From: Bifidobacterium sp.
GTDB lineage: Bacteria > Actinomycetota > Actinomycetes > Actinomycetales > Bifidobacteriaceae
Assembly: GCA_022649135.1 (NCBI GenBank)
Contig: JALCNP010000006.1
Location: 31,379 to 95,378 of the forward strand
DNA: 64,000 bases
Direction: 5' to 3'
Both the position numbers and the translations under genes were made by a program. Of this stretch, positions 10,596 to 20,831 are shown piece after piece. Below the pieces are notes generated by a model. It had not been told where the DNA came from, ran no database searches, and saw only the letters and a list, made by a program, of their open reading frames with translations. Numbering within the stretch: the stretch's first letter is position 1; every line of letters begins with the position of its first letter.

Positions 10596-11017
10596 CACCG
10601 GACCTCCCGTCCGTCTGTGGGGCGCCCCTCGGCACGGCGTCCGACGACCGCGGGAATCGGACCTCCCGCATCGAAACAGCTGCGACTTCCCGTGTGGCAG
10701 GCCGCCCCGACCTGATCCACCTGCACAAGCAGGGCGTCGCCGTCGCAATCCAGAGACACCGACTTCACGTACTGCACATGCCCGGACGTATCTCCCTTGC
10801 GCCAGTATTCCTGCCTCGAACGCGACCAGAAGGTGACCCTTCCGGAGGTCAGCGTCCTGCGCAGCGCCTCGTCGTTCATATAGCCCACCATAAGCACCTC
10901 GAGGGTGTCATACTGCTGGATGACCGCCGCCACCAGCCCCATGCGATCGCGCTTCAATCGCGACGCTATGCGGTCGTCGAGGGTGTTGGAATTGTCGTAT
11001 TGCTCTGTCTGTTGCAT
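10595..11017 (-). CDS. hisI: phosphoribosyl-AMP cyclohydrolase
   Basis: 140 aa with [16 protein letters not shown] and DCDGDALL...CHTG motifs. Confidence 0.93.
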   Translation of the reverse strand: MQQTEQYDNSNTLDDRIASRLKRDRMGLVAAVIQQYDTLEVLMVGYMNDEALRRTLTSGRVTFWSRSRQEYWRKGDTSGHVQYVKSVSLDCDGDALLVQVDQVGAACHTGSRSCFDAGGPIPAVVGRRAEGRPTDGREVR

Positions 11018-11070
11018 GTCCTATGCCTGTTGTCGAAATGGATGATGATGGGTGAAAGGCGCGACGCCGG

Positions 11071-11841
11071 TCAGCGTACGGTGTACCCGGCGGATCTCAG
11101 CGCCGCCTTGACGTCTGCGATGGTCAGCTTTCCGTAGTGGAAAACCGAGGCTGCCAGCACGGCATCGGCGCCCGCGGCGACGGCCGGGGGGAAATCCTCG
11201 ACCCTCCCCGCACCGCCGCTCGCAATGACCGGTATGGTGACGGCCGAGCGCACGGCGGAGATCATCTCCAGATCGAAGCCGTTCTCCGTTCCATCCGCAT
11301 CCATGGAATTGAGAAGAATCTCACCCGCCCCCAGCTCCTCGGCCCTGCGAACCCACCACAGGGCGTCAATGCCGGTGGAGGTCTTCCCCCCCATCGTGGT
11401 CACTTCGAATCCCGATGCGGTATGGGAGTCGCCCCTTTCGCGGCGTGCGTCGACGGAAAGTACGATCACCTGGTTCCCGAAGCGACTTGCGATCCTGCCG
11501 ATCAGATTCGGATCGTTGATGGCTGCCGTGTTTATCCCCACCTTGTCCGCCCCGCATCTCAGGAGTGAGTCGACATCGTCCGCGCTGCGCACCCCGCCGC
11601 CCACGGTGAGGGGGATGAAAAGCTGCTGGGCGGTTCTGCCGACCACGTCGACCATCGTCTGGCGGTGACCGGACGACGCGGTGACATCGAGGAAGGTGAG
11701 CTCGTCCGCCCCCTGCCGATAATATTCGGAAGCGAGCTCGACGGGATCCCCCGCGTCGCGCAGATTCTCAAAGTGCACGCCCTTGACCACTCTTCCGGCA
11801 TCGACATCAAGGCATGGGATAACTCGAACAGCCAACGACAT
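11071..11841 (-). CDS. hisF: imidazole glycerol phosphate synthase cyclase subunit
   Basis: 256 aa with RVIPCLDV...GRVVKG, a typical HisF. Confidence 0.95.
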   Translation of the reverse strand: MSLAVRVIPCLDVDAGRVVKGVHFENLRDAGDPVELASEYYRQGADELTFLDVTASSGHRQTMVDVVGRTAQQLFIPLTVGGGVRSADDVDSLLRCGADKVGINTAAINDPNLIGRIASRFGNQVIVLSVDARRERGDSHTASGFEVTTMGGKTSTGIDALWWVRRAEELGAGEILLNSMDADGTENGFDLEMISAVRSAVTIPVIASGGAGRVEDFPPAVAAGADAVLAASVFHYGKLTIADVKAALRSAGYTVR

Positions 11842-11933
11842 TGCAACTCCCCGCTTTACGGATGAATGGATTTGTTTTCTACAGGGTAGCCGCTGCCTAT
11901 GTCAAGGCGTCGAATCCGTTTCACATCGTGTTG

Positions 11934-13175
11934 CTACTGCTGCTTCGCGGCCAGCTGCCCGCAGGCCCCATCTATGTCCTGGCCGCGTGTGTCACGCAGC
12001 GTCGCCGTAATCCCAGCCTGATGCAGAATATCGAGGAAACGCTGCTCGTCACGCGGATCGGAGGCCGTCCATCGTGATCCTTCTATGGGATTGAGCGGAA
12101 TCGGATTGACATGAGCCCAGTTGTCCCCATAATGGTTCAGCCGTCTGGCGAGCAGAGCGGCGTGCTCGGCCTGATCGTTGATTCCGCGCATCAGAGCGTA
12201 TTCGATGCTGACACGTCTCTTCGAGGCACGGTAATAGTCATGCGCGGCGTCGAGAACCTGCGTGGTGTTGAAGCGTCTGTTCATCGGGACAAGCTCGTCA
12301 CGCAGCTCGTCGCTTGGGGCGTGCAGGGACACCGCAAGGCGCACGGGAATCCCCTCCGTGGCGAGCTTCCTTATTCCCGGAACCACACCGACCGTGGAAA
12401 CGGTGATGTTTCGCGCCGAAATGCCAAAGCCGTCAGGCGGCAGGGCGCTGATCTGGCGTATCGACCGCAAAACCGAACCGTAGTTGCCCATCGGCTCCCC
12501 CATGCCCATGAACACCACGTTGCTCAGGCGTCCGGGACCTCCGGCCACCTGCCCCGCCTGCATGGCGGCCGCGGCGACGCGCACCTGCTCGACGATCTCC
12601 CCCGCCGACATGTTGCGGGTCAGACCAAGCTGCCCCGTCGCGCAAAAAGGACACCCCATCCCGCACCCGACCTGACTCGAGATGCACAGGGTCGTTCTCG
12701 TCTCATAGCGCATCAGTACGGATTCGATGCGGGAACCATCGAAAAGCCTCCACAGCGTTTTGATGGTCGTTCCCTCGTCGGCTACCTGCCGCGTCACCTC
12801 GGTGATGAGTTCGGGGAAGAAGACCTGCCGGATGCCGTGCCGAAGCTCGGATGGAATATCGGTGAAGTCATCGGAGTCGACGTCGAAGTGCCCGTAGTAG
12901 TGATGCGCGAGCTGGGAGATTCGGAATCGGGGCAGGCCAAGCTCCTTCGCCTTGTCGATCCGGAGATCCTTCGTCATATCCGCAAAATGCAGGGGCGGCT
13001 TGCCCCGCCGTGCATGATCACGGGCGAGCACGTCCCTGAAGGCGCCGTTCGAGCCTCCGGGGGTAATGCCCGTCTCCGGCGCTTGTCCGCGTTCCCGCGG
13101 CTCCTGCGTGTCCCCGTTGTCCACCGATTCCTCAACGCCTGATGTCACAGCCACATTCCCATTCTCTCTTGTCAT
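11934..13175 (-). CDS. rlmN: 23S rRNA/tRNA (adenine-C2)-methyltransferase, radical SAM
   Basis: Radical-SAM CGMGCPFCATG motif within an RlmN-like context (ISSQVGC). 413 aa. Confidence 0.9.
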   Translation of the reverse strand: MTRENGNVAVTSGVEESVDNGDTQEPRERGQAPETGITPGGSNGAFRDVLARDHARRGKPPLHFADMTKDLRIDKAKELGLPRFRISQLAHHYYGHFDVDSDDFTDIPSELRHGIRQVFFPELITEVTRQVADEGTTIKTLWRLFDGSRIESVLMRYETRTTLCISSQVGCGMGCPFCATGQLGLTRNMSAGEIVEQVRVAAAAMQAGQVAGGPGRLSNVVFMGMGEPMGNYGSVLRSIRQISALPPDGFGISARNITVSTVGVVPGIRKLATEGIPVRLAVSLHAPSDELRDELVPMNRRFNTTQVLDAAHDYYRASKRRVSIEYALMRGINDQAEHAALLARRLNHYGDNWAHVNPIPLNPIEGSRWTASDPRDEQRFLDILHQAGITATLRDTRGQDIDGACGQLAAKQQ

Positions 13176-13199
13176 CTCTCCTGCGAAACCGCGTCCGTC

Positions 13200-14183
13200 T
13201 CACAATCCGGCGATCCAGAGCAGCGCCGTCAGGAAGGGGGCGCACAGCAAAATCGAATCGACACGGTCGATGACCCCGCCATGTCCCTTAAGCAGATGCC
13301 CCATGTCCTTGATTCCTATATCGCGTTTCAGCATCGACGCGCACAGGTCGCCGAAGGTTCCTACCGCTCCGACCATGATGCCCGCCACTATCGGCATCCA
13401 CCAACGCCGCCCCCACAAGGAAGGATACGTGCAGGCGAAAACGACGAATGCGCCCAGCATCGCAAAGAGCATGGAGCCCACCAGTCCCTCCACCGATTTC
13501 TTCGGCGAGATTCGCGGAGAGAGCTTGTGCTTCCCCAGCCATGCTCCCGCGAACAGCCCGCCGGTGTCGCTCAGGGCGGGGAGAAACACGAGCATTATCG
13601 CATGGGCCACCGGATGGTTGTGAAAGGTCAGCGATATGACGATGCAGGAGGCGAGCAGAGGAATGTACAGGACCGTGAACACGGATACGGCGACGTGACT
13701 GAGACGACTGTGATGCCGCTCACCCGACTCGTGGTTGAACGACGACTGCGCTCTCGCCGAGGAGTCGGTATGGGAGAGCTTGCTTGCCACGGCCAGGGAC
13801 AGGCGATTGCCGAAACTCATCTTTGCGGTCGCACCCAGCGCAACCAGGATCATGGATGCCATGATCGAAAAGGACATCGCCAGAACATGCCATCGCACGT
13901 AGTACGTCGCGAAAAGCGCACATGCCGAACACAGCCACAGAATCACCACGGGGATATGCAGTCCGACCGTTGCGAAATCGACACGCAGCTCCCAGAGGGC
14001 CAGGATCATGAACCCGGCGATGAGGGCGACGAAAAGATCGATTCTCACCACGAGGCATGCCACGATGATGATCACGAGCACGGCGCCCGTAGCCACCGCC
14101 TGGGGCATATTGCGTCCGGTTTTCCTGTTGATCTGGGAAATCGTGGCCTCAGCCTCGTTCCTTCGTCGACTCTCCGTGCCCAT
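13200..14183 (-). CDS. cdsA: phosphatidate cytidylyltransferase
   Basis: Multi-TM protein with C-terminal SMLKRDIGIKDMGHLLKGHGGVIDRVDS. It sits in the frr-pyrH neighbourhood. Confidence 0.92.
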   Translation of the reverse strand: MGTESRRRNEAEATISQINRKTGRNMPQAVATGAVLVIIIVACLVVRIDLFVALIAGFMILALWELRVDFATVGLHIPVVILWLCSACALFATYYVRWHVLAMSFSIMASMILVALGATAKMSFGNRLSLAVASKLSHTDSSARAQSSFNHESGERHHSRLSHVAVSVFTVLYIPLLASCIVISLTFHNHPVAHAIMLVFLPALSDTGGLFAGAWLGKHKLSPRISPKKSVEGLVGSMLFAMLGAFVVFACTYPSLWGRRWWMPIVAGIMVGAVGTFGDLCASMLKRDIGIKDMGHLLKGHGGVIDRVDSILLCAPFLTALLWIAGL

Positions 14184-14228
14184 GACGCTCCTTCATCCAG
14201 CTGCGGCCAAAAACCAATCCGGTGCGGC

Positions 14229-14783
14229 TCAGACCTCCATGATCTCCTTGCGCTTGCTCTCCAGCAGCATCTCTATGTCATCGGTCACGCGCTTGGTTAC
14301 CTTGTCCAGCTCCTTGAGAAGACGGTCCCCCTCGTCCTCCCCCATGTCCCCGTCCTTGACGGACTTGTCGATGGACTCCTTTGCCTTGCGCCGGATGTTG
14401 CGCACGGCGACCTTGCCGTCCTCCGCCTTCGTCTTGGCGAGCTTGACGTATTCCTTGCGACGCTCCTCGGTGAGCTCGGGCATGGTGACCCGGATGACGT
14501 TGCCGTCGCGGCGGGGGCTGACACCGAGGTCCGAGTCACGGATGGCCTTCTCCACGGCTCCCGCCTGCGAGGCGTCGAACGGGGTGACGGACAGGGTGCG
14601 GGGCTCGGGAACCCCGATCGACGCCAACGACTTGATGGGGGTCGGCGCCCCGTAGTAATCGACGACGATTCCGTTGAGCAGAGCCGGATTGGCCCGGCCC
14701 GTGCGGATTCCGGAGAAGTTCTCCTTCGTCGCCTCGACGGACTTCCCCATTTGCGCTTGTGCCTGTTCTATAAGCGATGTCAT
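14229..14783 (-). CDS. frr: ribosome recycling factor
   Basis: 184 aa, typical RRF sequence (IRTGRANPALL, LTEERRKE). Confidence 0.96.
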   Translation of the reverse strand: MTSLIEQAQAQMGKSVEATKENFSGIRTGRANPALLNGIVVDYYGAPTPIKSLASIGVPEPRTLSVTPFDASQAGAVEKAIRDSDLGVSPRRDGNVIRVTMPELTEERRKEYVKLAKTKAEDGKVAVRNIRRKAKESIDKSVKDGDMGEDEGDRLLKELDKVTKRVTDDIEMLLESKRKEIMEV

Positions 14784-14882
14784 GACTTCTCCTTGTGACG
14801 TTGAGCGTTCGACGTTTACTGGTTCCAGTGTACTTGTTTGCGGCCCGGGTACGACGCCGGACTCGCACAGCGCCGATCCGCG

Positions 14883-15632
14883 CTAATCGGCGACCTGCGA
14901 CTCCCGGGAGGACACCAGCGTGCCGATGGGCCTGCCCACGAGGGCGTTGGTGACGTTGCCGTCACCCTCCAGCCCGAACACCCGGATGGCGATGTCGTTG
15001 TCGCGAGCCATCGACAATGCCGCGGCGTCCATCACCGCAAGATTGTCGACAAGCGCCCGCTTGTAGCTCAAAGTGACGAAGCGCCGTGCGCTCGCATCCT
15101 TTCGGGGATCGGCGGTGTACACCCCATCGACCCCGTTCTTCCCCATCAGCACCTCGTCGCAGTGAATCTCCAAAGACCTTTGGATGGACACCGTGTCGGT
15201 CGAGAAATACGGCATCCCCGCACCGGCACCGAAAATCACCACTCGACCTTTTTCCAGATGCCGAATCGCCTTGAGGGGAATGTACGGCTCCGCGACCTGT
15301 CCCATGGCTATGGCGGTCTGGACCCGGGTGGCCTGTCCCTCCTGCTCGAGGAAGTCCTGGAGCGCCAGACAGTTCATCACGGTTCCCAGCATGCCCATAT
15401 AATCGCCCCGGCTGCGGTCGATCCCGGCCTGCTGGAGTTCGGCGCCTCGGAAGAAGTTTCCACCGCCCACGACGATGGCAACCTGCACACCCTGCTGAAC
15501 CGCCGGTACGATTTCCCCGGCGATGCGCCGAATCACCGCCGTGTCGATGCCCACGGCGCCGCCGCCGAATGCCTCGCCCGACAGCTTGAGAAGAACCCTG
15601 CGCGGCATTTCCATGCTTTCTCCGTCACTCAT
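14883..15632 (-). CDS. pyrH: UMP kinase
   Basis: Contains [13 protein letters not shown] and a typical PyrH body. I trimmed from the track TTG start at 15677 to the ATG at 15632. Confidence 0.93.
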   Translation of the reverse strand: MSDGESMEMPRRVLLKLSGEAFGGGAVGIDTAVIRRIAGEIVPAVQQGVQVAIVVGGGNFFRGAELQQAGIDRSRGDYMGMLGTVMNCLALQDFLEQEGQATRVQTAIAMGQVAEPYIPLKAIRHLEKGRVVIFGAGAGMPYFSTDTVSIQRSLEIHCDEVLMGKNGVDGVYTADPRKDASARRFVTLSYKRALVDNLAVMDAAALSMARDNDIAIRVFGLEGDGNVTNALVGRPIGTLVSSRESQVAD

Positions 15633-15968
15633 ATGAAGCCTTTCATGCTGATGCGGATATCCGCGGATGATGAACAACCGTCATTTTTCGCTCCCTAAGA
15701 GTAACCGTTCATCACGACAGAGTTCAAACCCGGCTCGCATGACGCACAGGTGCCCGGGAGATGCACGTGCGTCATTCATTCGCGTGCGTACCGATTCTCG
15801 GGACAACGCACCGGTCCTCGATACAAGAGGACGCCCGGTGACGGCCCCATCTGAGATATGTGGGGCGCCACCGGGCGTCTGTCTCCCGCTTATGAAGCCG
15901 AACGGCCGCTGCTCGCGAAGTCCGAAAGCACCGGTGTCGCCAACCGCCCACGGTACCGTCTCCACACT

Positions 15969-16018
15969 ATTGACGGTGACGCAATTGACGGTGACACCGT
16001 CTGCAGTGTCACCGTCAA
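15969..16018. repeat. two direct ATTGACGGTGAC copies plus an inverted copy forming a 12-bp perfect stem
   Basis: ATTGACGGTGAC occurs at 15969-15980 and 15984-15995. TTGACGGTGACA (15985-15996) pairs with TGTCACCGTCAA (16007-16018). The element lies in the 472-bp tsf-pyrH spacer. Confidence 0.7.
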
Positions 16019-16104
16019 CGTCCATCCCATCAGGGGGGAACGATCCCACGACGAATAGAGGCTACGGCTCGATACGGATGCGATCCGGCTCTCCTGTCGG
16101 CAGG

Positions 16105-16956
16105 TTACTTCTCCTCGCCCTTGCCGACTTCGATTCGCGCGAACGCCACCGCCTTGCCGCCGACCTTGGCGAACAGGTCGGCCACGGTTGTGGAGGTGTC
16201 CTTGACGTAGGCCTGCTCGAGAAGAACGTTCTCCTTGTAGAAGGCGTTCATGCGGCCCTCGACGATTTTGGGGATGATCTTCTCCGGCTTGCCTTCGGAC
16301 TGGGACTTCTCCGTGGCCACACGGCGCTCCGACTCGACGACGTCCTCAGGAACGTCCTCACGACGAAGCCACTGTGCGCCCATGGCCGAGATCTGCAGAG
16401 CGACCTCGTGAGCAACCGCCGCACCGGCCTCGTCCGTCGCGATCATGGCGACGATGCTGGGTGGAAGCTCCACGGACTTTCTGTGGGCGTAGATTTCCAC
16501 ATGGGGGCCGGAAACGGTGGCGAACTGACCAATCTTGACGTGTTCACCGAACAAGGCGGCGGCCTCGTCGACGGATTCCTTCACGGTTCCATCGTCTCCC
16601 GGTGCGGCGAGCACCTCGCCGACGGTGCCCGCGCCTGCATTGACCGCATAGCCGAGAATGGCGTGTGCAAAATCCACGAATTTCGGGGTCTTGGCCACGA
16701 AATCGGTTTCGGAATTCAGCTCCAGCGCATAGCCGGTCTGTCCCTCATCCGTCGTGACGACGGTGGACGCGACCATTCCCTCCTGGGCCTTGCGGCCTTC
16801 ACGCTTGCCCGCGGCCTTGATCCCACGGGCGCGAATGATTTCCTTGGCTCGGGAAACGTCTCCGTCGGCATCGGTGAGCGCCTTCTTGACGTCCATCATT
16901 CCGGCGCCGGTTTCCTCGCGCACTTGCTTGATCAAAGCTGCAGTGATTGCTGCCAT
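16105..16956 (-). CDS. tsf: elongation factor Ts
   Basis: Family N-terminus MAAITAALIKQVREETGAGMMDVKKAL. I trimmed to the ATG at 16956. Confidence 0.96.
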   Translation of the reverse strand: MAAITAALIKQVREETGAGMMDVKKALTDADGDVSRAKEIIRARGIKAAGKREGRKAQEGMVASTVVTTDEGQTGYALELNSETDFVAKTPKFVDFAHAILGYAVNAGAGTVGEVLAAPGDDGTVKESVDEAAALFGEHVKIGQFATVSGPHVEIYAHRKSVELPPSIVAMIATDEAGAAVAHEVALQISAMGAQWLRREDVPEDVVESERRVATEKSQSEGKPEKIIPKIVEGRMNAFYKENVLLEQAYVKDTSTTVADLFAKVGGKAVAFARIEVGKGEEK

Positions 16957-17037
16957 TGATATGTCTCCTCTATATCGATTATGAGCGGCGGCCGATGTGT
17001 TCGTTCCGACGTGCACAGGCCGCCGCCCGGTGGATGC

Positions 17038-17913
17038 TCAGGCCTCGGGCTTGTCCTCTGTGGTCTTCGCCTCCTGCGGCTTGTCCTCGGCGGCCTTGCC
17101 TTCCTCGGACTCGGCGACGGCCCCATCGGCCTCGGGGGATGCGGGCGCGTCCTGCTTGAGAAGATCCTTCTCCCAGGCGGCCATGGGCTGATCGGCCTCG
17201 TTCTCCGTCTTGGAAGCCTTGCCCGAACGCTCGAGCAGACCATCGGCGACGGCGTCCGCCATCAGGCTGGTGAGAAGCTCGACTCCGCGGATGGCGTCGT
17301 CGTTCGCCGGAATCGGGTACTCCACCGACTCGGGGTCGGTGTTGGTGTCGGCGATGGCGACGACGGGGATGCCGAGCTTGTGGGCCTCCTCGACGGCAAG
17401 AGCCTCTTTGTTGATGTCGACGATGAACATGGCCGAGGGTGTACGGCTCATGTTGCGGATGCCTCCAAGCTGCTTGTTCAGCTTGTCCTTCTCGCGCTCA
17501 AGAAGAAGAAGCTCCTTCTTGGTCAGGCCGGATCCGTGGACATCGGAGAAGTCCATCTCCTCAAGTTCCTTGAGGCGGCTCACGCGCTTCGACACCGTCT
17601 GGAAATTGGTGAGCATGCCACCCAGCCAACGTTCCGACACATAGGGCATGTTCACGCGGGTGGCCTGGGTCTTCACCGCCTCCTGGGCCTGCTTCTTGGT
17701 TCCCACGAAGAGCACGGTGCCGTTATGGGCGACGGTCGCCTTGATGAAGTCGTACGCCTTGTCGATCATGTCCAGCGACTTGAAAAGGTTGATGATGTGG
17801 ATTCCATTGCGCTGGGTGAGGATGTACTGCTTCATCTTCGGGTTCCAGCGGCGGGTCTGATGTCCGAAGTGCAGTCCTGACTTCAGCATATCGCTCATAA
17901 GGATTTGAGCCAT
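17038..17913 (-). CDS. rpsB: 30S ribosomal protein S2, with an acidic/Lys-rich C-terminal tail
   Basis: Contains [19 protein letters not shown] trimmed to the ATG at 17913. Confidence 0.96.
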   Translation of the reverse strand: MAQILMSDMLKSGLHFGHQTRRWNPKMKQYILTQRNGIHIINLFKSLDMIDKAYDFIKATVAHNGTVLFVGTKKQAQEAVKTQATRVNMPYVSERWLGGMLTNFQTVSKRVSRLKELEEMDFSDVHGSGLTKKELLLLEREKDKLNKQLGGIRNMSRTPSAMFIVDINKEALAVEEAHKLGIPVVAIADTNTDPESVEYPIPANDDAIRGVELLTSLMADAVADGLLERSGKASKTENEADQPMAAWEKDLLKQDAPASPEADGAVAESEEGKAAEDKPQEAKTTEDKPEA

Positions 17914-18102
17914 GGTAGTAATGCCTTTCACATTGTCGGTTATTGCCTGGCCATGCGTTCCTGAGTGCAGCCCCCGTTTCCGGGTGACCGACCGACACAG
18001 GTCGTCGCGAACATGGCGCGATTTTCGTGCACCTTAGGTTTATGGTGTGCGGACTCACATGCTCTGCGACTGCATGCTCGCCCAGACGGCGCACGATTTC
18101 CC

Positions 18103-18111
18103 ATTCTATCA
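18103..18111 (-). promoter_or_regulatory. candidate extended -10 promoter element (TGATAGAAT) for rpsB-tsf
   Basis: The minus strand reads TGATAGAAT about 190 nt upstream of the rpsB ATG. There is no good -35, as expected for extended -10 promoters. Confidence 0.3.
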
Positions 18112-18197
18112 TTGGCAATGGTCAAAGCGGCGACGCCCGGACGGCTCCGCAAGGCGCAGGCTCCGAGGGCGTCCGCTCCCAGGCCCGCAACCGTGGG

Positions 18198-18680
18198 CTA
18201 TCGAGCGCTTCGCAGCCTGCGCATGGCCTCCCGGCGCTCCTGCTTTTCGAGCCGATCAAGATAGACATGCCCGTCGAGATGATCGCACTCGTGTTGAAGC
18301 ATGCGGCCCATGACCCCGCGACCTTCCAGAATCATGGGTCTGCCGTCGAGATCCATTCCGCGCACGCGCGCGTAATCGGCGCGTCGCGTCTTGTACCACA
18401 GCCCCGGAACGGAAAGGCACCCTTCGTCCCCGTATTGTTCGCCCTCCGTCTTTTCGAGGACGGGGTTAATGATATACCCGGTTTTCCCGTCGATGTTGTA
18501 CGAGAAAGCCCTGAGGCCGACCCCGATCTGGTTGGCCGACAGCCCGGCCCTTCCCGGATCGTCGACGGTCTCGACGAGATCCTCGATGAGCCGCCGCACG
18601 GCGGGCGTGATGGCGGTGATGGGGTCGCAGGTGGTCCTCAGAATCGGATCGGGTATCACTCGGATTTCGCGAATAGACAA
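18198..18680 (-). CDS. def: peptide deformylase
   Basis: All three Def motifs are present: [16 protein letters not shown] and QHECDHLDG. Confidence 0.95.
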   Translation of the reverse strand: MSIREIRVIPDPILRTTCDPITAITPAVRRLIEDLVETVDDPGRAGLSANQIGVGLRAFSYNIDGKTGYIINPVLEKTEGEQYGDEGCLSVPGLWYKTRRADYARVRGMDLDGRPMILEGRGVMGRMLQHECDHLDGHVYLDRLEKQERREAMRRLRSAR

Positions 18681-18710
18681 ATCATTGCTCCTCTTGTTTG
18701 CTTGTGTTGT

Positions 18711-20831
18711 TCAGCGACGCTCCGCATTGCCCGCGGCATGCCCTGCGTCGTCACCGCCATCGGTTCCGACGGATCCCCTGGCGTCATCGTGCGGCGTGTC
18801 CTCGGAGGGTGCATCAGACGCCTGCCTGCGTCTATGCTCGTTCATCGTCGTCCGTGCCTGATCGAGTGCCTGGCGAACGAGGGGGCTGACGTTCTCCGAC
18901 GCCTGCTTCACCGTTTCCGTCGTCTTGTCGATGATCTTCACGGTGGCGGGAACCGGCCGGACAGGATTCTTCGGCGCGTACAGCACGGTGTCGATGATGT
19001 CGCCGTAACGCTGAAGCACCTTCGGGCGCACGACTTTCATACTGGGGGTGAGAGTGCCGTCCTCCTGGGTGAAGTCCTCGTCGAGGATGATGAATTTCCT
19101 CACGGACTCGGCACGGGAAACGCTGCTGTTCGCCTGGTCGACATACTGCTGGATGAAGCTTCTCACGGCATCGTTGCCCGCCATGTCGGCGATCGACTGG
19201 GCCGGATCCATGCCCCGGTTGGACAGCCACGAGGACACCATCTCCGGGTCAAGGGTTATCAACGCCCCGACGAAGGGTCTGCCATCCCCGACCAACACCG
19301 TGTGGGAGACGATCGGGCATGTGCCGATCGCATCCTCCATGGGCGCCGGGCTGATGTTCTTCCCGCCCGCCGTGATGATGATGTCCTTTTTGCGGCCGGT
19401 GATGAAAAGGAAGCCACGGTCGTTGATCATGCCGAGATCGCCGGTGCGCAGCCAGCCGTCCTCGTCCAGGACCTCGGCGGTGAGTTCGGGCTGCTTGTAA
19501 TAGCCGAGGAAGACGTTCGGCCCCTTGATGAGGACCTCGTCGTCGTCGGCGAGACGGATGCCTATTCCCGGCCCCGGTCTGCCGACCGACCCCACCTCAT
19601 TGGCATCCTCGAAATTCACGACGCACGGCGCGGCCGTTTCGGTCATACCGTATCCCTGGATGAAGGTGATGTCGTCGAACCCGTTGAAGAAATGCGCCAG
19701 ATCAGCGTTCATGGGGGCGCCCCCGCATGCCAGGTAATGCAGGTTCGGCCCCAGGGCGGAACGTATCGAGGATCCGACGGTCCTCATGTAGAACGAATGG
19801 CGAAGACGGGCCACGGCCGAATGGCTCCCGCCCTCGTTCTCGTCCTTGGACCACTGGACGAAATGAGCGAAGGCCTTGGCGAAAATCCGACCGCGTATCC
19901 CCGCCCCGGCCTTCTGGGAGGCGGCATTGTAGACCTTTTCGAACACGCGGGGAACCCCCAGCAGATACGTCGGCTTGAACCCGCGAAGATCGGCGAGCAG
20001 ATGCTTGGCGCTGGGAATGTATCCGACGACCCCGTGCGACCCGATGGCCACATATTGTATATAACGCGCAAAGCAGTGAGCCAGGGGCAGGAACAGCAGC
20101 AGTCTCGAGGGCTGATAGAGCATCTGGTCGAGAACGTCGTATCCGGCATACACGATGTGCGTGAAATTACGATGCGAAAGCATGACGCCCTTGGGCTTTC
20201 CCGTGGATCCGGAGGTGTAGACGATGGTGGTCATGTCGTCGGCCCGGACTCGGGAGATCGCCCTGTCGAGATCATCGTCGCTGACGGATACGCCGAAATC
20301 CGCGACGGCATCCAATCCGTCCTGCGCGAAATCAAAGACGTACGTCAGCGACCCTTCGTTGCGGCGCAGCTCCTCCAACGGACGGGCGTGCTCATCGTCC
20401 CCCGCGAAGGCCATGACCGCCTCCGTGTCGGATACGATGGCCAGGGCCTGCTTGGTGGAATCCGTCTCATAGATCGGGACGCTGACGGCGCCTATGGCGG
20501 CGCAGGCGAAATCGACAACACCCCAGTCGTAGCATGTCGCGGAGTAGATGGCCACCATGCTTCCCGGCTTGATCCCCAAGCCGAGCATTCCCTTGGCGAC
20601 GAGACGAACCTGCTCCAGCATCTGGCCGGCCGTGACATCGTGCCATTGGCGGGTGTCCTCATCCTGCCATTGGGCGATGAGATCCTCTCCATCACGGGAT
20701 GCCCGATGCGCGAGCAGCGCATAGATGGTGTCTTTTTCAGTAGTGGGATGAACCACATCCACGGCAAATTGACGCAACATACGCTCCACTATATGCTGCG
20801 GTCTATCCGTGCGGCGCCGTCTACCCGACAT
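18711..20831 (-). CDS. long-chain fatty-acid--CoA ligase (AMP-forming, FadD15-like)
   Basis: AMP-binding motif IVYTSGSTGKPKGV, plus GYGMTET and TGDLG. The start is uncertain, since 20831 overlaps the upstream ORF by 11 nt; M18 at 20780 is an alternative. Confidence 0.9.
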   Translation of the reverse strand: MSGRRRRTDRPQHIVERMLRQFAVDVVHPTTEKDTIYALLAHRASRDGEDLIAQWQDEDTRQWHDVTAGQMLEQVRLVAKGMLGLGIKPGSMVAIYSATCYDWGVVDFACAAIGAVSVPIYETDSTKQALAIVSDTEAVMAFAGDDEHARPLEELRRNEGSLTYVFDFAQDGLDAVADFGVSVSDDDLDRAISRVRADDMTTIVYTSGSTGKPKGVMLSHRNFTHIVYAGYDVLDQMLYQPSRLLLFLPLAHCFARYIQYVAIGSHGVVGYIPSAKHLLADLRGFKPTYLLGVPRVFEKVYNAASQKAGAGIRGRIFAKAFAHFVQWSKDENEGGSHSAVARLRHSFYMRTVGSSIRSALGPNLHYLACGGAPMNADLAHFFNGFDDITFIQGYGMTETAAPCVVNFEDANEVGSVGRPGPGIGIRLADDDEVLIKGPNVFLGYYKQPELTAEVLDEDGWLRTGDLGMINDRGFLFITGRKKDIIITAGGKNISPAPMEDAIGTCPIVSHTVLVGDGRPFVGALITLDPEMVSSWLSNRGMDPAQSIADMAGNDAVRSFIQQYVDQANSSVSRAESVRKFIILDEDFTQEDGTLTPSMKVVRPKVLQRYGDIIDTVLYAPKNPVRPVPATVKIIDKTTETVKQASENVSPLVRQALDQARTTMNEHRRRQASDAPSEDTPHDDARGSVGTDGGDDAGHAAGNAERR

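Noticed and set aside
15915-15935. GAAGUCCGAAAGC, which resembles the RNase P RNA GAAAGUCCGGGC box.
   Set aside because: The match is only partial, the conserved 3' ACAGAA...GGCUUA element is missing, and the spacer is not long or structured enough.
15681-16049. A 122-aa minus-strand ORF filling the tsf-pyrH spacer.
   Set aside because: GC at the three codon positions was about 60, 75 and 70% in my sample, so there is no third-position bias. There is no SD and no motif, and the translation is low-complexity.
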